Positions 60,041 to 64,000 of a stretch of DNA of 64,000 nt are shown piece by piece. A model generated the notes under the pieces. It was given only the letters and a program-made list of their open reading frames with translations, ran no database searches and was not told where the DNA came from. The translations under genes and the position numbers were made by a program. Location of the stretch: the NCBI RefSeq assembly GCF_009914755.1, contig NC_060933.1. The stretch is one strand, 5' to 3'. Each line of letters begins with the position of its first letter. Within the stretch, counting starts at the first letter, position 1. This DNA comes from the human T2T-CHM13v2.0 reference genome, Homo sapiens.

Positions 60041-61961
60041 ATTGATGAGCTAGCTGGAATGTTGGAGAAAAATCCCATGAGTGCCAAGGAGATGGGATTG
60101 GGGAAGGGGAAATCCATGGGGGAAATTCCAGGCTGGCCATACACATTTATGTGGGGCCCAATAGCCCCTGTGTTTGGTGGATGAGGCCCAACACGTGCGT
60201 ACAGGGATACCCCAAAACATTGAACGGTCTGGAAGAGCTGTTGCAGTAGGTGGATCCAACTATGTGAAAGTGCCTAGACTGTGGCAGCTGTGGTTGGCTG
60301 GTTGCTCCTGACTACACTGTGAACAGCCAAGGAAGCTGAGCTTGCAGCACAGGTGGGGGCTTATTAGTTACAGGATGAGCTATGATTAGAAAGAGGTGCC
60401 AGGTTAGTTCAGGCCGAAATGTCGGAGACCTTGCTGTCCCGCCTGTGAGCACAGGGTGAAAAAGTGCAGACCTTGGCTTATCAGGTAGCCTGTTTGAAGG
60501 GTCACTGGCTTCCACATCAATGAGTCAGGGCTATCATGACTAAATTGTCCTGGGACTCCATAGAGAGCTCTAGTGAGGAAGAGAGTGAGGATTGAGATCA
60601 GCCCATAGAGGTTCCTGTATCCTCTGCACATCCAGTGGTCACTACCAAGATAAAAGTGAGCCAACTGGGCCTGCAGGGAATAGGCCACCAAGAGTTGCCC
60701 CCAATTGAAAGGCAGCAGCATGCCACAATGTAGGACTATACTGCTATGTAATTTGTGGAGCCAGGAAAGAGGTTCAGGCAGAAGGGGAGAGAGTTGATCA
60801 TGGGGTGATTTCTCCATCTATGGGACATGGGGCAAAGGGTGTCTTACTGTCTGGACTCAAGATGAGTGGAATGGCATCCATCTCAAGCCACACAACCCTA
60901 AGGCAGTACCTCTGTGGCTTCAATAGTGAACATCGGGCCATTCCTATTCTTAGCTGAGTGGTTGCAGGCTGCAAGGAAGCCTGGCCAAATGAGGGAGACA
61001 TCCCTATGTCTCCTCTGCAATGACAGACCATGGAGGAATTGCAGGATATCCTCCCGGAATTAGGGACAAAGCATGCTATCTATGCTTAACGTTACCGAGG
61101 TCCTGACAATGAGCTTTTCACTGCTGCCATGAAAGACACCATTTTACAGTTGGCACCTACCTAATGGTATGGCATGCTAGTGTCTATCCTGAGCCCCTTG
61201 GTAGGACAGCCAGTGTCTTGGGCAGCCCAAGTGGCTGCCAGCTTTGGGGAAATGGAGAAACTGTGTAGGTGTGGGGTGCACACTGATCAAGGTAACCTGC
61301 TATTGCCCTTGCCATGGAACCTGCCCACTGGGGAGCACATCATTATGTGGCCTTGGAAATGGCAAACCAGGCCCCAGTGGTTTGGTTTTTCCACTCTATT
61401 GGGAAAGGCCTGGAGTGAGATATTGGGTCACACCCGTCTTGTTCCCTACTCCCCCTCATACTTCTTTCTGGAATGGTGAGTCCTGATCTGCCCTTGCACA
61501 CGGGGGGATGATCATCTTCTCATTGTGGAATGTTGCGGTGCCCCTGGTGTCTTGCTCTGGCCTCATGTGCAACATGGTGGGGAGGGGGAGGGGAAATCAT
61601 TTAGTACTGCAAACTTGTCCTTTCTTGTACCCACTAAACATCTCACCTTCTGCCCATAGACAGTGTGCAGCAAACGTCTTCATTGACTAGGCACAGACAG
61701 TGGCTTCTCTCCAGAACACAACAGATGGTTGGGTCTGTGGAGAGCTGCCCTTCTCCTCTACCATGGGCCTGCTGTGGCACATCCAAGATCAACTCCCAAG
61801 CACTTAGAAAAACTTTATGATTGTTATTATATTCCCTGTTCTTTTTTGTTGCAGTTTGTATTCCTGCTGCTGTGTCTGGCCGCAGTGTGCCTCTGCACAC
61901 CTGGCCCCAGGAGAATTGTGGGAGAATGGTATGCTAAGATTGTGGGGGCCATTAAAGGGGA
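60041..61961 (+). mobile_element. Internally deleted ERVL-class internal region (about 1.9 kb): PBS, decayed gag, env relics
   Basis: PBS-like 60043-60060, ERVL-gag-like VGWLLLTTL at about 60293-60319, env-like pieces at 61660-61900. No pol seen. Confidence 0.8.
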
Positions 61962-62645
61962 TGCTGGGGTTGACACATCTGAAAGCGGTAACTTAACTTA
62001 GGCATTCCAGGAGAATGACCCTGTATGGCAGATGCACCTGACAGCAAGAAAGTAAGAAATGAGGGGCTGGGACTAGTGGCTCACACCTGTAATCCTAGCA
62101 CTCTGGGAGCTGAGGTGGGAAGATCACTAGAGCCCAGGAGTTTGACAGTTTGAGATCAGCCTGGGCAACAAAGTGAGACCCTGTCTCTAAGAAAACAAAA
62201 AACAAAAAACAAAAAACTGGACATGGTAGTTCATGCCTGTGGTTCCAGCTACTCAGGAGGCTAAGGTGGGAGGATCACTTGAGCCCATGAGGTTGAGGCT
62301 GCAGTGAGCTATGATTGCATCACTGCACTCTAGCCTGGGTGACAGAGCAAGACCCTATCTCAGAAAAACAAAACAAAACAAAATTTAAAAAACCCACACC
62401 AAAAAAACAAAAAACAAATAAATAAACTAGGGTTGCCATATGGAGGTTGATGGGGTGGAGGGTGATAAATGAAAGTGCTATATAAACAGCATGTTTCTTA
62501 CAAGTGGCCACACCCACTACCACTGGACCACCCTGTAAGTTCCCCTAAATAAACCTATGTTTTAGTTTGCTGGTGTCAGGTCTGTTCTTCAGCGTCTTGA
62601 ACCTGGTGCCATACCTAATGAAGTTGATAGGGGTCCAGCATGGCA
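61962..62645 (+). mobile_element. 3' LTR of the same provirus, interrupted by an Alu
   Basis: 'gagaatgaccctgtatggcagatgcacctgacag' ... 'ctgtaagttcccctaaataaa' ... 'ggggtccagcatggca'. Confidence 0.85.
62065..62425 (+). mobile_element. AluJ inserted in the 3' LTR
   Basis: AluJ motifs 'agcccaggagtttga' and 'gaggctgcagtgagctatgattg'. Degenerate TSD aagaaatgaggg / aataaactaggg. Confidence 0.93.
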
Positions 62646-62753
62646 GTTGGATGGATGAATAAATTAATAATTAAGTGAATGTTAGTTCTGGAGGGACGAG
62701 TGGAGAAGTTGTTAGCCACATGCCTGGTTCTTCCTCTAAGAAAAATTGGAGTG

Positions 62754-63288
62754 TGTGATGGTTAATATTAAGTATCAACTTGATTGGATTGAAGGATGCA
62801 AAGGATTGTTCCTGGGTGTGTCTGTGAGGGTGTTACCAAAGGAAATTAACATTTGAGTCTGTGGACTGGGATAGGCACACCCACCTTCAATGTGGGTGGG
62901 CACCATCTAATCAGCTGCCAGCAGGCAGGAAAAGGTGGGAGGAACAGACTTGCTGAGTCTTCCAGCCTTCATCTTTCTCCCATGCCGGATGTTTTCTGCC
63001 TTCAAATATTGGACTCCAAGTTCTTTGACTTTTGGACTCTTGGACTTACACTAGTGATTTGCCAGGGGCTCTTGGGCCTCCAGCCACAGACTGAAGGCTG
63101 CACTGTCAGCTTCCCTACTTTTGAGGTTTTGGGACTTGGACTGATCCACTAGTGGCTTCCTTGCTTCTCAACTTGCAGACAGCCTACTATGGGACTTTAC
63201 CTTGTGATCATGTGAGTCAATTCTCCTTAATAAACTCCCTTTCAGATATACGTATATCCATATACCCTAGAGAACCCCGACTAATACA
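62754..63288 (+). mobile_element. MLT2A (HERV-L) solo LTR, MLT2A2-like
   Basis: 'tgtgatggttaatattaagtatcaacttgattggattgaagg' ... 'gagaaccccgactaataca'. Perfect TSD gagtg (62749-62753 and 63289-63293). Confidence 0.95.
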
Positions 63289-64000
63289 GAGTGGTTAATG
63301 GAAGAGTAGAAAGAGCATAATTTACGTGTAGCTTATCTACTTAGTGGCTGTTGAGAACGTGTTCAGATGGAGTACACCTGCAGCTTGTTTCCTCACTGTC
63401 ACAGTAAAGGGTCATGTGAAGAATTGTTTCACATTCCTGTGTTAGCTGTGCATTGATATGGCCTTTAAACAGTGACTCTCCATTCTGGCCAAGAGTTCAG
63501 GGTACTCATATCTGGATCTTCTCATTCATTGTCTCCCTTGCTCCTTCAACAGTTTTTCTTTCAGCATCGCTTTTGGCTGCATTCAGGAAATTGCCCTGAT
63601 GGGTTGAAGTGAGAGAATGGTCTGCTGTGTGTGTTCTCACTCCTCCCAGGGCTGTGTCTGGGACTCTGGGAAGCAGGGTGGTTGATGATTGAATGGCTGC
63701 TGCCTGCTCTCCTCTCCCCTTTCCTGATTGTCACTGACTTTGGCCTCACATTGCTTGGTGACAGCCAAGTCCTACATGCTGGGTTTACTCTGCTGAAAAA
63801 GCCTCAGAAAATGGGACAGCCGCCTGCAGTTGCCCTTTCAGGTGGGACCAGGAGGCCAAATGGTGGATAAATGAGAAAGTAATGGAGTGAGTTTGTCTAA
63901 ATGATCTATGAAAGGTCTCCTCCTGTGGTAACTCCTGCCTCTTGACTTCAGCTCCTGCTCAGGAATCTGGACGGTGGACATACATTTGATTGGACAGGCA

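Overview
This is AT-rich, CpG-poor primate genomic DNA (Alu J/S/Y, an L1PA5-like element, MLT2A, MER57), intergenic or deep intronic. It is dominated by fossil transposable elements. I find no intact host protein-coding gene, RNA gene, CpG island or prokaryote-type system. The only long ORFs (16153-18700) are pieces of a dead, 5'-truncated L1 ORF2; most other ORFs are Alu/L1/LTR read-throughs or chance frames. Three endogenous retrovirus remnants with internal sequence are present: LTR16 plus ERVL-int (25930-27020), MER57-int plus LTR with an env TM relic (36750-39598), and a two-LTR ERVL-class LTR47-like provirus (59677-62645). The best second-look items are: env relics in that ERVL-class provirus; a tandem Alu pair sharing one TSD and joined at a Pol III terminator; two near-identical non-tandem short duplications (37-38 bp and about 105 bp); a duplicated hairpin plus polypurine tract in MER57; and some candidate regulatory motifs and non-coding exons. 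I cannot support a new biological system here. Repeat subfamily names come from recalled consensus sequences, not a database search, and boundaries of old elements are approximate.
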